Positions 13,456-26,904 of a stretch of 64,000 bases of DNA are shown one piece after another. The DNA is taken from positions 32,860,001-32,924,000 of the forward strand of contig CM060731.1 in NCBI GenBank assembly GCA_030704615.1, given 5' to 3'. The position numbers and the translations under genes are program-made. The notes beneath the pieces were generated by a model. The model was given only the letters and a program-made list of their open reading frames with translations, had not been told where the DNA came from and did no database searches. Source of the stretch: Takakia lepidozioides (Eukaryota > Plantae > Bryophyta). Numbering within the stretch: position 1 is the stretch's first letter; the number at the start of each line of letters is the position of its first letter.

Positions 13456-14236
13456 TATAGCAAACCCCCTGTTGGTGGCAACCCCTCATCTGATTATGAC
13501 CCGAGAGAGAAAGATCAGAGAGCGGAATTTGCTTGCAGGCCGCATGCAGTGGAAAGCAAATACATTGCAGCCAAAGCTTCATCACCTTGATGGCGTTCTC
13601 AATCTTATTGGCCTCCATTCAATCATGTTTCTATCATAGTCCCAAGAGTGCACTTAATCAATCGGCATGTGCCTGTGGATTCAGCGCCGAAAATTGGAGG
13701 TTTGCTCACTGGACTATTTTCATTGAGTTTCGAGAAGAAGACCTTAATATAGATATCTACGTCGAGAGCTGTCGCTTACAGTGCTGGGTATTATTGTACG
13801 CTCTACAGTTCAAAGTCTCTGTGCAGTCATGGCGCTGTAATCAATTGCTTGCGAAGCTTGCAACTGATGAGTTCGCTGTGTAGTGGCAGAAGAGAAGGTG
13901 CCGTTAATGGCTCAGGTGGCTGGCTTGCGTTCCTCAACCTACTTAGAAGATAAGAAGGAGAGAGAAGAGAGAGATCAGTCTCCGGAGAAGGTTTGCGCTT
14001 CATGGTGAGTAGGTAGAAGAGCATTGTCAGCAAAATAATTAAGTTGAAGTTCTGATCTCCAGGAATTCGCCAAGGGACCGTGACCGCACAACCCATTGTG
14101 GGAGAGCCGTGGTACATATCGTTGGCACACACCCAGCAGCAGCAACTATTTGCAAAATGATACTCCCTCAAATATTCTTAGCCCTTGGGTACCCTTGGAA
14201 GGCCATTATTATGGTGGGTAAGGGGCCAGTGCAAAC

Positions 14237-14689
14237 CAGTGTTGGACTGGTATCAAGTTTTTTGCATACCAGTCTGGTCCTGGTACCAGACGTATCACAA
14301 AGTTTTCATACCAAGTCTGGTCTATATAATGGTGGATGTATATTTGTCCAAATACTGGTATGAGTATGAGTATCATGACCACAATACCAGCTGGTATGAG
14401 GTATCAACTCTGGTATCATCCTTTATGAATATTGTATTTATTTTCACTTGATATTTGCTATTTGATAAACTTGTAATTCAAGATGGCTTTAGAAGTAAAT
14501 ATACATAAATACAAATGTATAGGCAAATGTACACATAAATTAATATGGTACAAGTACTGGTATTGTGGCTGGTATGAAAAAATTGATACCAGCCTGGTCT
14601 GGTGTATGACCAAGTGGTCTGGTGTCTAATACCAGTGCATATACCAATACTTTATACGAGTCCTTCACCTATATACCAGTCCAACACTG
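14237..14689. mobile_element. hAT-superfamily MITE (453 bp)
   Basis: 17-bp TIR CAGTGTTGGACTGGTAT / ATACCAGTCCAACACTG, perfect 8-bp TSD GTGCAAAC (14229-14236, 14690-14697), many internal TGGTAT/ATACCA repeats. Confidence 0.9.
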
Positions 14690-15780
14690 GTGCAAACCAA
14701 CCATAACTTACATAGTGGCAGGCGTGGCCGCTCCAAATTGCACGTAAACAGCCTGTAAAGACGTACAGTCGACCCTGCCTTACTGTTACCTGCTTAACCC
14801 TTAAGTATCAAACCCAGTAGTTCTGGGTCGGTTGGGTTAGCTTAAGCAGCCATAACTTCCTGTGGTTAAGGCTGATTGGCTCTTTTTTGGGTCAATGGAC
14901 AGATAATCGGGCCCCCTTCATATGGCATTGGCCAATTGGTCAATGCCTGAAGGGGTAGGGGTCTGGACCAATTGTAAGGGGCCCAACTCAGCTTTTTGGG
15001 GCCATCTTGGCACCCCTAACCTGCCCAAGTTGCTGTCATGGCAACTGTGGTCAGGTTAGGGTGAATGAATGATACCCCATAAAGGGATGGACGGCACGCT
15101 TCCCTAAACCCATTGATTGCCCTGCAGGGGTATGGCGGTCCCAGGCCTGCGCCCTAACTTGAAATCGACCGCGATGGCAGCTCCGGCCAACACCATGGGC
15201 TCATAGCAGGGCGGTCTGGAGGGAGCTCGAGAAAATTCCCATGAGGAGTGGGCCAAACCTAGGGCGGGGTTTGATGGGGTTGAAGGTGGAGTGGGCCCCC
15301 ATGAAAGCAGGGCCAGAGGAGCTTCCGAACCCCCTGCCCGACTTCCAATATCCTAGGCCTGCAGGCTAAAACATAGGTGTTCCAATTGAAGTCTTGGGCA
15401 GGGAACCTAAAGATGCGAGGGCATTGCCTGATTGGCCTCAAAAGTTTTTGAGGACTTCATATGGATGCCCATTACATTTCCACTGGAGGGATTAGGAATT
15501 GAACGGCAGGATTGTTTTGTATGATTTTATGAAGAGAGATTTTGGCCTGCCCAAAAGAAAATGGCAGATTTTGACCCCCCAATTTGTCACTACAAATGAG
15601 CCCACTTGAGAACATTTCAGAAAAAACTGAAAATTTCTGAGAATGTGTGTTATCAGGTATGGAGCAACATTCTCGAGCCTCTCAAAAAGAAAAAAGAAAA
15701 ACTGCCCAGATACAAGCAAAAAATTGCTTTTTTTGGCACCTATTTCTTAGTGGAGATTTGGTTTTGTCCCCTGTGAAGTA

Positions 15781-16321
15781 TGATTCCAACGCTATGGGTT
15801 TGTTCCCCTTCCTCTACCGGACATAATCCTATCTGGGGAATGTAGTCAATAGATGGGCCTGGAAGAGAAGACGGAATCTCACGAAGAGGACGCAACAGAG
15901 TCGGACTTTCAAAACGCATTCATCCACACACTCAAGCACACTGTTACACCAAGCGTACACTCGCATAAGACCCAAAAGCCACCCCCTCACTACCACGGCA
16001 GTTGAGCTTAAATAGTAATAGGTCGTAATCTAATCTTAGTGCCACGTGGCACTTACATATAGGCCAGCCAGATGCCCTTCCAGCATAGCCATAGAAAGAA
16101 GTCAGATCACCCAGATCTATCCTAATCTAATCCTAAACTAGTTGTTAGAATAAAACAGCACCTAATAAAGTCATAAGATGTTGTCAACTCATCCTCATGC
16201 GCAAGGTGTAAGTTCATCCAGACTTCATCCTGGCTCCGTCCAGCCCTAAATCATCCGGGGCGCATCCCTAATCCGTTCATCCAAGTCGAAAAGGAAGGTG
16301 AGAAGGAATCCCAGCTCCACA
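15781..16321 (-). repeat. 3' LTR of Gypsy-1
   Basis: TG...CA, about 540 bp, colinear with 51022-51544. Confidence 0.9.
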
Positions 16322-16735
16322 TATGTAAAGTCTGCTAGGGCCACTAGAAACTGTGAGCTCCTGCGAGTAATGAGCTCAGGAAGAATAAAAACGAAGCCTA
16401 GCCAAAACAAACTACACACCCGGCACACAAGGGATGAAAAAACCTAGGGAAGGAAACCTCACCTTGCAAGTTGGGTGGAGGACAAAACATCCCATAGGAA
16501 AAACCCCAAGTGCTACAATTGGTGCAGAAAACTGTCACGAAATTCAAAACGACTATAAAGAAGAAGATGTCAGGGCCTGATCACGAGCAGTCCGAGCTGT
16601 GGGGGTGAAGATCACCTGACGGTTCTCAACATTCAAATAGGTTAGATCAAAAGTAAGAGTGCATGGAACAAGCAATGAAACATGAATGGAGCTAGCTAAG
16701 TGAGGAGTAGAAGCATGATGGGGGAGCAAGACATA

Positions 16736-19647
16736 CTATCTGCCAAGAAGAATATCAGAGATAAGGTAAGGGTCATCAATCCTACGTTTGGCCTTAGATA
16801 TCTGCTTATCAGGCTGGAGCTTGACACAAACAAATTGGTCTACCTTGAATGACTCAAAATACACAACACGTCTGTTGTAATTCTTGGCCTGAGCAGCTTG
16901 GGCAAACACAATGTTAGATTTAGCTGTTTCACGCAAACTACGTCTTCGAGCATCCATGGAAAGCAAAAAAACTTCTCAATTCGCAGGCTCAGATGCGGAT
17001 ACCTGCAGCCAGGAGATATGCAAAGGAGTTCTATATTTCCTACTATACAAAAGTTCAAAAGGTGAGATTTTGGTACTAGCATAGATAGAAGTCTTATAGA
17101 CAAAGAGCAGAATAGGCACGGCAATATCTCATTCATCAATTTGTGTTTCACTCTTCTCGAGCATCTGGCATATAGTTTTGTTAAATCGCTCTGTCAAACC
17201 ATTGCATTGGGGATTGCAGGGAGCAGTAACGGCATGCTTAGTGTTGAGATTAAATAAGACAATCTCCATAAGTTGGTTGCAAAACTCAGTACCTTGATCC
17301 GTGAGGATTTCATATGGCAACCATCTTTTGACAGTTTTAGTAGCCCCCAAATGGCCAGCATAAGTAGAAGCATGGTACAATTCGAGTAAAACAGGGACAG
17401 CGGACCTAGAAGGGACTTCCACAGCAAAGGTACCTTCCAAAGCAGTGACTCTGAACAATCTCCCTTCACTTTCCCGGTGGCTGGGTAAGTGATAGTTGAC
17501 TTGCCTCATGAGCAGCTTGGATATGCCACTAAGGTGGGTGTCGGTTTTGCACCTATGGAGAAGAGCATCATATAATGGATCATCCATGTCTACATCACTC
17601 ATGGCCACACAACAGCAGGTTATTGCAGGCGAAAAGAAAGTGACAGCCCCCGTTCTCTTCCTTTCGTGACCCTGACTTTATTTTCAGTTGGCTGCCTATG
17701 AGGAGACAAACAGGCTGTAAGGCGCAGCTCGGTCCCTCGGTCGGTAAACAAACCAAGGCAGGTGCAAGACAAGATGAACAGTCCTAAGATAAGGGAAAGT
17801 ACCAGACCCTACTGTAGGATACCAGACTAGAATTCATGCCAATACCAAAGGAAATTCAACCAACATCAAACTGAAGTAGATCCCAAGTGTCAAGCAGATC
17901 GGGAGGAACATAAAAATAGTCCAACAAATGACACAAGGAAAAGGGATCCGAAACAGGCACAACAGGTGGTGTAGAGCGTGCAGTATGAGGAACTAGGTCA
18001 TTTAAGGTAGTGTAAGGTTAAGGGATTTTGGGTTCGCCTCGAGTCTCAAAGCATCTGCATTAACATTATCCTTCCTACGCTTGTAAGTTATGGTGAAGTC
18101 ATAGCCTTGCAGTATGAGAGCCCACCGAGCTAATCTGCCAGTGAGTTCATGAGGAGTTAGCAAGGCTTTCAAAGGCAAATGATCAATCTCAATGGTAAAA
18201 TGACAACCATGTACATATTGCCTAAAATATTTGACTCCAAAGATAACTGCAATGCCTTCTTTGTCAGTGATAGAGTAATTATGCTCATGTTTATCAAGGC
18301 GGCGGGAGGCGTAGGCAATGGCATGCTCCTAACCATCCTGAATCTGGCTCAACACAGCAGAGATAGCTAAATCACTGGCATCAGTTTGCAAGATAAATTG
18401 CAAGGTAAAATCAGGATAAGCAAGCACAGGAGCAGAGGTTAGTGCAATTTTGAGCTTCTCAAAGGCGGATGTTTCAGCAGTACCCCACACAAAACAAGCA
18501 TCATTGGATAACAAGCGAGTGAGTGGAGGAGCTAATTTGGCAAATTGAAAAATGAAGCGACGATAGTAAGAACCCAAGCCCAAGAAGGCCTTAACACATG
18601 TTTTATCTCTAGGGGTTGGATAGTTCCACACAACCTGGATCTTAGTTGGGTCAAGACTGATGCCAACAGCAGAAAGCAGATGGCCCAAGAAATGGAGTTG
18701 TTCTATACAAAAATCACACTTCTTAGCTTTAACTTTAAGCCCGGCTGCACGAAGTCTGCACACAACCCGCTGTAAATCCAGTAGATGAGCATCAAACGTT
18801 GTAGAATAAATGTTGATATCATCAATGTAAACTAAAGCACACTCCCAACAAAGGTTTCCTAAAACAATGTCCATAAAGCGCTGAAATATAGCAGTGGCGT
18901 TGCAAAGGCCAAAAGGCATTGTTTCAAATTGGAAGAGGCCCATCCGGCAGGTGAAGGCAGTTTTCTCCTTAGCAGCAGCAGTTAAAGGAACTTGCCAAAA
19001 TCCAAAGGCTAAATCCAATGAGGAGAAGATAGTGGCCCCATTAAGTTGATCTAGCGTTTCGTTAATGCGTAGCAAAGGGTAGACATCTTTCTTTGTGATG
19101 GCATTTAAACTCCGAAAGTCTACGCAAAAACGCTTACCCAGTAAGACAATGGAACTGGCCCAAGGGGATATGGAGGGGTGATCACACCAGCATCAAGCAT
19201 CTTGGTAATCTCTTCATGAATGACTTTGCGTTCATGAACACTCTCCCTGAAACATTGTTTCGTAGGCTTACCATCCGTGATGATGTCATGATCCAGAAGG
19301 GTGGTGCGGCCTAAGTCATGGGGCCTTTTACTAAAGATGTCAAGATTGTCACGAAGAAACAGGTGCAGACGACTAATCTGCTAGGGAGTAAGGTGATCAC
19401 CCACTTTGATATCCTTTAAGACCTGCTGGAAATGTTGCTCATGTTCGGGAGTAAGCATGTCATTGCCAGTGGAGCCGGAGTGAGAGGCAAACACCTGGAG
19501 TTGGTCAACGGGGGAGTCCACCAGTCTAATATCATGAAGACTGAGGCCTTTCTGAACAGAGGCCAATTTAGACGAAGGAGAAGCAGTGAGCCTAGCAAGG
19601 ACCTGACCCTTGCGGACACTGATGCTGATACGTTCTGGATTAGCAAC
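16736..19647 (-). pseudogene. Gypsy-1 pol remnant (end of dUTPase-like domain, RT, RNaseH, integrase)
   Basis: 18329-19075: LDLAFGFWQ, MPFGLCNA, VYIDDI, LQTDASDLAISAVL. 17129-17608: ILTDQGTEF, PQCNGLTERFNKT. Stops, frameshifts and deletions. Confidence 0.9.
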
Positions 19648-22600
19648 TGTCAAGGACGAGAACATGATTGAACACAAACAAGAGATTAGACTAGAGGTAC
19701 AAGACTAGACAAGAAGTCAAGGTCGGCGTGGCTGTATGCACGATGAGTAAATAAGAATCAAGACGATCTTTATAACAATAAACAATAGTACAAGATATTG
19801 GAACACGACTTGAATACTGGAATGTTGGAAACTGGGCTACTGGGAACTGGAAACAATAGTAGCTTGAACTGGTGTTGGTCAGACTAAAGAGTGTCCAGTC
19901 TCGCCTCCTATATATACTGGCTACTAAGAAGTTTCCTAAGAAGCTTCCCCTGTGGAGGTTTCTTGATGGAGAAGCTTCCTCAAACAAATGAGGTATCTTG
20001 ATGGAGAAGTTTCCTCCAAAGGAAGCTTCTTGAGCAGTTTCCCAAGTTACTCTTGGTAATTTGATAAACTTCCGGTAACTTGGTAAATAATGATAAATCA
20101 TGGTAGATCATGGTAAATTATGATAAGTCATGATAACTTGGTAACTTCTGATATTTACTCATGGTAAGTTCATTTGGGCTATGTCCGTGACATCACCCCC
20201 TCCTCTAGCGCCGAGTTCCTCGAGGAGCGGTAAAATCTTGGACTTGCTTAGAGTTGGAGAAAATCCAAAATCCGACGAATGGTACTTGCCAAGTATTCGG
20301 CTCTTCGTTCTTGACTCAAATAATTTATAAGTCCCTGCAACCATCGATAATGTCCAACACCTTGAACCTGGGACCACGCAGATTTGAGCATTCTGATTTT
20401 CGAAGTTGCCTTCAAACATGATTTCGTTGCCCTCTAGGTCCGAAGCCTCAACCTCCAACAGAATTATCAGACTTCGAGTAGGCTTCACTTGCTGTCGTAC
20501 GGGGTCCAGACGAGGAAGTACGCGTTGCATTGGTGGCCTATCGTCTCGAGAGCGTCGGCGTGATGTTGAAGGTCGTGAGAGTCGAAACGGCTGATCTGGT
20601 AGTTGGATAAGCGACAGTTCCAATGTATCTGGTTCATATGACTCCATGCTGCCAATACAAGATGCAAGAATGCTGCAAGTATAGCTATATATACTGATGT
20701 GTGGTGTTCCTCCCTCCTTAGCGTGTATCAGATACATTGAATGTGGAGTCTTCACCTTGAAACTAACTTGGCTGACATCATCGTTGTGACGTTTTATTGA
20801 CGTGTAGCTTGGGGCTTAGCTGGATATCGTTAATGAAACTCTTCGACTTTGTCAGATGCATTGGCGAGGTTGGATGAAGGTTCTCACGTTCGTTTGCTGA
20901 TGTCGTAGCCTTTCCAATGTACGAAATACTCAAGACGTTTATACTTGATGCGAGAGTCTAGGACTTCGTCGACTTCATACTCAATTTCCTGATTGACTTC
21001 CATTGGTGGAGGTGGTACGGAGACTCCCCCTGGAATATTCGATGGATGATACAACTCCAATAATGAAACATGAAAGACTGGATGGATGCGAATACTTCAT
21101 GGAAGTTCAAGCCGAAAACTGACCGGATTTATTTGTCGAATAATTTTGAATGGTCCCAGGCGTTGATAATCCAACTTCCTTGATGGTCACGAAGTTTGTA
21201 TGCCATGTCGAAGAAGCCACACACGATCTCCGACCTTGAACTGGGGTTGGAATTGGCGACGTTGATCTGCATACTCCTTGTATTGTTTTTGAGCTTCTGC
21301 GAGGTGGAATGTAAGCTCCTTGTGAATCATAGCAAGATGAGTAGCAAGGTTTTCTACAGCATGGCTTCCAACAGTCTTCATGTGGAAAGGGTTTGCTCGA
21401 GGATGATAACCATAATTGGAGAAAAATGAAGTTTGTTTGGTCGAAGAATGTATAGTGTTGTTGTAGGCAAACTCAGCCAATGACAGAATGTCTGTCCAAT
21501 TATCTTGGTGATAATTTATCGTACAACGAAGATACTGCTCCAAAATCTGGTTTACACGTTCGGTTTGACCATCAGTCTGTGGATGATTAGCTGTAGAGAG
21601 GTTGATCTTAGTATCCAATATATGAAATAATCCCCTCCAGAAATTTGATATGAACTGTGGTCCTCGATCAGATACTATGTCCTTCGGGAGTCCATGAATA
21701 CGGTAGATATTATTGAGGAAAAGTCTTGCAGTTTCCTCGCCGGTAACCATCTTACATGGAATGAAATGTGTCATCTTCGTAAAACGATCTACAATAATAA
21801 AGATTGAATCGGTGGTCTTGGAAATTGGAAAGTCCATAATAAAATCCATAGACACGGACGACCATGAACCCTTGGGAATGGGTAATGGTTGAATAAGGCC
21901 GTAAGGTCGATATCATAGTCCCTTCGCTCTAGCACACATGTCGCAAGATTTTATAAATTCTTTCACGAGTTTCCACATCTGTGGCCACCAATAGTCCCTG
22001 GATATCAATTCCATTGTTTTGTTGAAGCCGAAATGTCCTGCAGCCGGAAGATCATGATATGTTTGAAGAATTCGAAGTCATGTAGGTCCTGGAGGTACAT
22101 AGAGAAGTCCCTTGAAATAAAGTAAACCATCTTTGAATTCGAAGTCGTTTGTAATATGCGGGTCGTCTCGAGGTCGATTTAGTTGACTTCATAGTGTCAT
22201 AGCAAATTGGTTGCTCTTCAGTGCTTCCTGAATCTCCTTTATGATCTCTACATCGTCATAGGTGAACGTGAATAGCGTATTCATTTGAAGATTTGCTGGT
22301 TTCAAGATGATGGAATTCTATTGGTCAAAAGCTGCATCCCCTTCTTTTGGCGCAAGGTACGATCGTCGAGAAAGAGCATCTGGTTTTCCTTGAAGATGTC
22401 TAGGACGGTAGGTAATAACAAAATCAAACCTTGCTAGTGACATACTCCATCTCGCTTGACGTCGATTCAAAACACGAGCACTCATAAAATACTCGAGGTT
22501 TTTGTGATCGGTATAGACTGTGACCTGATGTTTAGCTCCCTCCAATAGATGACGCCACTCCTCAAAAGCATCGATAATCGCTATAAGTTCTTTGTCATGG

Positions 22601-24459
22601 ATTTCATAATTGATCTCCGCAACGGAAAATTTGCGAGAACTAAAACCAACAGGGTGAAGTCGGCCATCTATACCGTATTGAGAGAGTACCGCGCCAAGTG
22701 CAAAGTCCGATGCATCTGCTTCCAAAAAGAATGGTTTAGATAGGTCTGCATGTACAAGTATTGGAGCCGTTGTAAATGTCTGCTTCAACCTTTCAAATGC
22801 TTCATCAGCATTCTCGACCCATACAAATTTGTCCTTCCATGTGAGTCGTGTCAATGGTGCAACAATTTTGGAGTAGTCCTTGATGAAGATTCTATAGAAA
22901 TTTGCAAATCCTAGAAAACATTGTACATCTTGGACCAAAGTTGGTTTAATCCACCCAATGATGGTTTGTATTTTCTTCTGATCCATAAAGACTCATTTGT
23001 CGGAAATAATGTAGCCCAAAAATTTGACTTCAGATTGGTGGAAAAGACATTTTTCCAACTTGGCATATAGTGTTTTTTCCCTCAATTTATCAAAGACAAG
23101 AGATACATGGCGACCATGTTCTTCTTCATTATGTGAAAATATTAAAATGTCGTCCAAATAGATGACTACAAAGTTATCTAAAAATTCTCGAAAGATGTCA
23201 TTCATCATATGTTGAAAAATTGCTGGAGCATTTGTAAGACCAAAAGGCATAACATTGTATTCGAAATGTCCGTACCTTGTGCGAAAAGCAGTCTTCCATT
23301 CGTCTCTTTCTTTTATTCGTATAAGGTTGTAAGTTCTTCTCAAGTCGATCTTTGTGAAAAAATTTGTTCGTCCAAGTTGTTTGAGGAGTCCAGAAATCAG
23401 CGGTAGTGGATAACGATTTTTTATAGTGACTTTGTTGAGCCCACGATAGTCCACACACATGCGTAACGGTCCGTCTTTCTTCTTCACAAATAAGATAGGT
23501 GCTCCCGCGGGTGATTTCGAATGTCGAATGAAATTCTTTGACAAATTTTCATCAATGTAGTCGCGTAAAGCAGCCAGCTCCGTCTGAGATAAATTGTAGA
23601 TCGAGCCGAATGGTGGTTGAGCTCCTTCTTGCAACTCAATTGCACAATCATAAGGTCGATGTTCTGGCAACATGTCTGCATTTTTCTTTTCAAAGACATC
23701 CTTGAAATCTTGATATTGAGTGGGTAATGTTGAAGTACCTTGGTCTGTTGTGGTTTTGATCGGAGTCGTATAAAGTGCAAATGTCGCGTCTTTCTTCGTA
23801 GCTCTCATGAAGGCTCTAGCTCCAAGAAACAAGGGTTGAATACCTTTGGTACTTTTGCATTTTTGTCTTACCGAAATTTTTCGTGATCGCCAGTCGATGT
23901 CAGGATTATGAAATACAAACCAGGGAAGTCGAAGGATCACAGGACTCGTTGGAGACTGGATGACATTGAAAACAATTTGTGATGCTTGATTTTTAAGCTT
24001 CACTTCAAGGGGTCGAGGTCAATATTTCCTGATGCTAACGGTCGTCCATCGATGACTTCAACAGGGGCCGAGAGTTTCTTTCTTACGAGCGTTAAATTGT
24101 GTTGCTTCGCAAAGTCTTTGTCAATAAAACACGCTGAAGTGAAGAGTGTCTCGCCTCCTATATATACTGGTTACTAAGAAGTTTCCTAAGAAGCTTCTCC
24201 TGCGGAGGTTTCTTGATGGAGAAGCTTCCTTAAACAAATGAGGTATCTTGATGGAGAAGTTTTCTCCAAAGGAAGCTTCCTGAGCAGTTTCCCAAGTTAC
24301 TCTTGGTAATTTGGTAAACTCTGATAACTTGGTAAGTAACTGTAAATCATGATAGATCATGGTAAATCACGGTAAGTCATGATAACTTCCGGTAACATGG
24401 TAATTTGGTAACTTCTGATATTTACTCCTGGTAAGTTCCTTTGGGCTATGTCTGTGACA
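19648..24459 (-). mobile_element. Chromovirus (Tcn1-like Ty3/Gypsy, Gypsy-2), gag-deleted, inserted in the Gypsy-1 dUTPase-like domain
   Basis: 3' LTR 19648-20192 (TGTCA...TGACA) with PPT AGAGGAGGGGGTGA next to it, partial 5' LTR about 24142-24459, 5-bp TSD GCAAC/ACAAC. Confidence 0.9.
20820..24136 (-). pseudogene. Gypsy-2 pol: protease remnant, RT, RNaseH, integrase, chromodomain
   Basis: YLDDILIF (22993-24003), EADASDFALG...YEIHDKEL...TDHKNL (22318-22986), SMDFI...SDRGPQF...QTDGQTERVNQ (21187-21855), chromodomain EYEVDEVLDSR...YFVHWKGY at about 20880-20990. Confidence 0.92.
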
Positions 24460-26539
24460 ACAACCAGTAATCTAACCTCTCCCTTAAATCCCCTGTCTAA
24501 AACCCCAGAAGTAATCACATAGTGCTTTTGGAGGGTAAGTTTTTTCCAGCCTTCAACCTCAAGAAAATGACTTGTAGGGCAAGCAAAAGCTAAGCCTGTA
24601 GGTACTATGCGCTGAGAAAAAGCTGGGATAATGAAGTCAACTAGAGAACGTAGCAACATGGTATTCTTTGCCACAGGCAAGGGAGGTCCAGACTTCTTAC
24701 CTGGCGGAGGGAAATGTCATTGGTACAGAGTATCACCAAGTGGTTGGAGTTGGCTAAATCTGGCCCAATTATAATGCAAACTCACATGCTCCTTCATCTG
24801 TTCAGCTTGAAGCTTGAGACGAGAATAGTTGGCCATAGAAGTCCCAGCGGCAATAGTAACATGGCTTAGACTCACTTTGTAAGGTTGCCCCTCACCATTG
24901 TGAAGGCACATAAGATTGTTCATGATGTCAATGCTGGCCTCTGCACCCTTCATCCAATCCAATCCCAGTCAAATTTGTTCACCCATGGTGACAATGCAGG
25001 TCAACAAGACAGTTTTCCCACTAATGCAGATAGGCAAGGTGACCAACCCTATGGGTTCATATGTCGTGCCATCAGCTATGGTAACTTCAAGGCCACGGCC
25101 AGGGTTAATTTTTAATCCAAGAATGCGAGCTATACTAAGTGGAATGGCAGACATGGTATATCCAGTATCAATAACACATGGAAAGCAAAAGGTGGCCCAC
25201 ATGACATTGTGTCATCAATGGGTGGATCTGGTCTCTGCTGATGCGCTTATAGGCCTCACAGTGCATGGGTTTGAAATCATGAGAAAGATCAACACTTGCC
25301 ATCGTTTTGGGGTTTTTACCATGGTCATCTGGCACCCTCACAGACGACCGGGTTCGTTTAAAGTACCCTTCTGTTTTTTGTCTCTTTGCAACTGTTCAAT
25401 CAGAGCAGGTAAGTCAGATTAGTAAGGGCACCACCTGGTGTAATGCTTAGTGGACTTGCAAATCATGCATGCCACCACAGAAGTCCTGGCTTCATGACGG
25501 ATGCCAGCATTGGTCTTACCTTGAGGCCCATATTTGGCAGTGACAGTAGAGTTCCAGCCTACCTCGGCTTTGAAGGCTTGAAGTTCTCCCTGGATTTCAT
25601 TACGAAAAGATGACAACTAATGCACAATGGAACGGACCAGATCTTCTGCAATACCTTTCACCCCAAGGTCCCCATCAGTATGCTCTACATAGTTACCATC
25701 ACTAGCCAGATGAGTGTGTTTTGTGTTGGTAACTTTAGACAGGCCTGCCTTGGCAGCTTTGAGACGTAACATTTCTTCAATCAATTCCACCATCTCACCT
25801 TCAGTGGTGTAAGCTATTTTTGTAGAAACACTTTCTCAGCAGGGGGCAAGCCCTTTACAAAATAATGTTTCGAAATAGCAGGTCTCTCTGAGGCAATTAG
25901 AACTGACTTATAGATTGCAGTTTGCAAGTCAGTGTAGTATTTCCACACACTGTCGCCATAATGAAATTTTAAGTCTGGTGTGGTGTAAGCTATGGGCTTT
26001 TCTTCACGAAAGAGCTTGCGAGCCAATTCTCTGGCTTCTACCAAAGTAAGATCATTTTTGTCCTTAATATTGGACTCAAACAGTTGCCTGGCCTCTCCCT
26101 TGAGACAGATCCGAAAAGACTTTACTTGGAACTGTGGGGGAACTCTATTCATTTCAGTATTGATTTCAAAAAATTCCAAGAAGGACTCAAAATCCTCCCC
26201 TAAGTTGTACTCAGGGTATTGTTGCTTATGCATTCGCTTCCCATGATCAGTTTTCTGTGGAGTGGTATCCGGAACTTCAGTTTGTTTCAGCAACATCTTC
26301 ATAAGCGGGAGGCAATTTGAAATCACCCCCATGGCTTCACACAGCTCGTCCAAATCAAATGTGGGTTGAGGCATAGTCGCCGGATCCTTGTGATCTCCAG
26401 ACGACTCTCCCCTTTCCGTATTATTTCTTTCATTAGTTGTTGTCTCTTCCCCCTCCTCCACTGCACGTTTTTCCAACTCACTTAGTCCCATCGTCTCTTC
26501 TACTTCTCTCTCTAGCATAGATCTTATAAATACAGGCAT
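24460..26539 (-). pseudogene. Gypsy-1 gag, zinc knuckle, aspartic protease and first part of the dUTPase-like domain
   Basis: Gag-like ORF 25814-26539, CMICKSTKHYTRWC knuckle (25419-25616), CVIDTG protease motif (24969-25202), IVPTGL...GVLDRGFKGEV (24460-24640). Confidence 0.8.
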
Positions 26540-26577
26540 GAGAAGAGGAGTACACGACTACCTGTCCGAAGGGGCAC

Positions 26578-26904
26578 TGTCAAGTTATTTTACCACTAGT
26601 GTGAAACTAGCTAGGAAATAGCTAGCTTTTACATATTGACATTTGGGATTGGCCCAAGTGTCAATCCAGGGGTCAAGGCAGATTTAGGCCCTGGAGTGGT
26701 TATCTTCACGGCAAGCGCGGGAGGCTCATCTTTCTCGAGTTGAGCCTCACCGCGCCTAGCTATGGCGCCGTAGTGTGGATTCCCCATGGCGTGGGGTGCA
26801 CTTGGCTTGACTTGTATTTGAGTGATGAGGTTATATATGCATGAGTTTATGCTTCAGCTTTGTGAGCTCGCATGAGCTTGTGCTTGTATTCTTCCTCTTT
26901 ATCA
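26578..26904 (+). repeat. D1 5' terminal repeat Y (downstream part of the LTR)
   Basis: Appears identical by eye to 49386-49712. Ends TTATCA and is followed by the self-complementary primer site. Confidence 0.92.
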
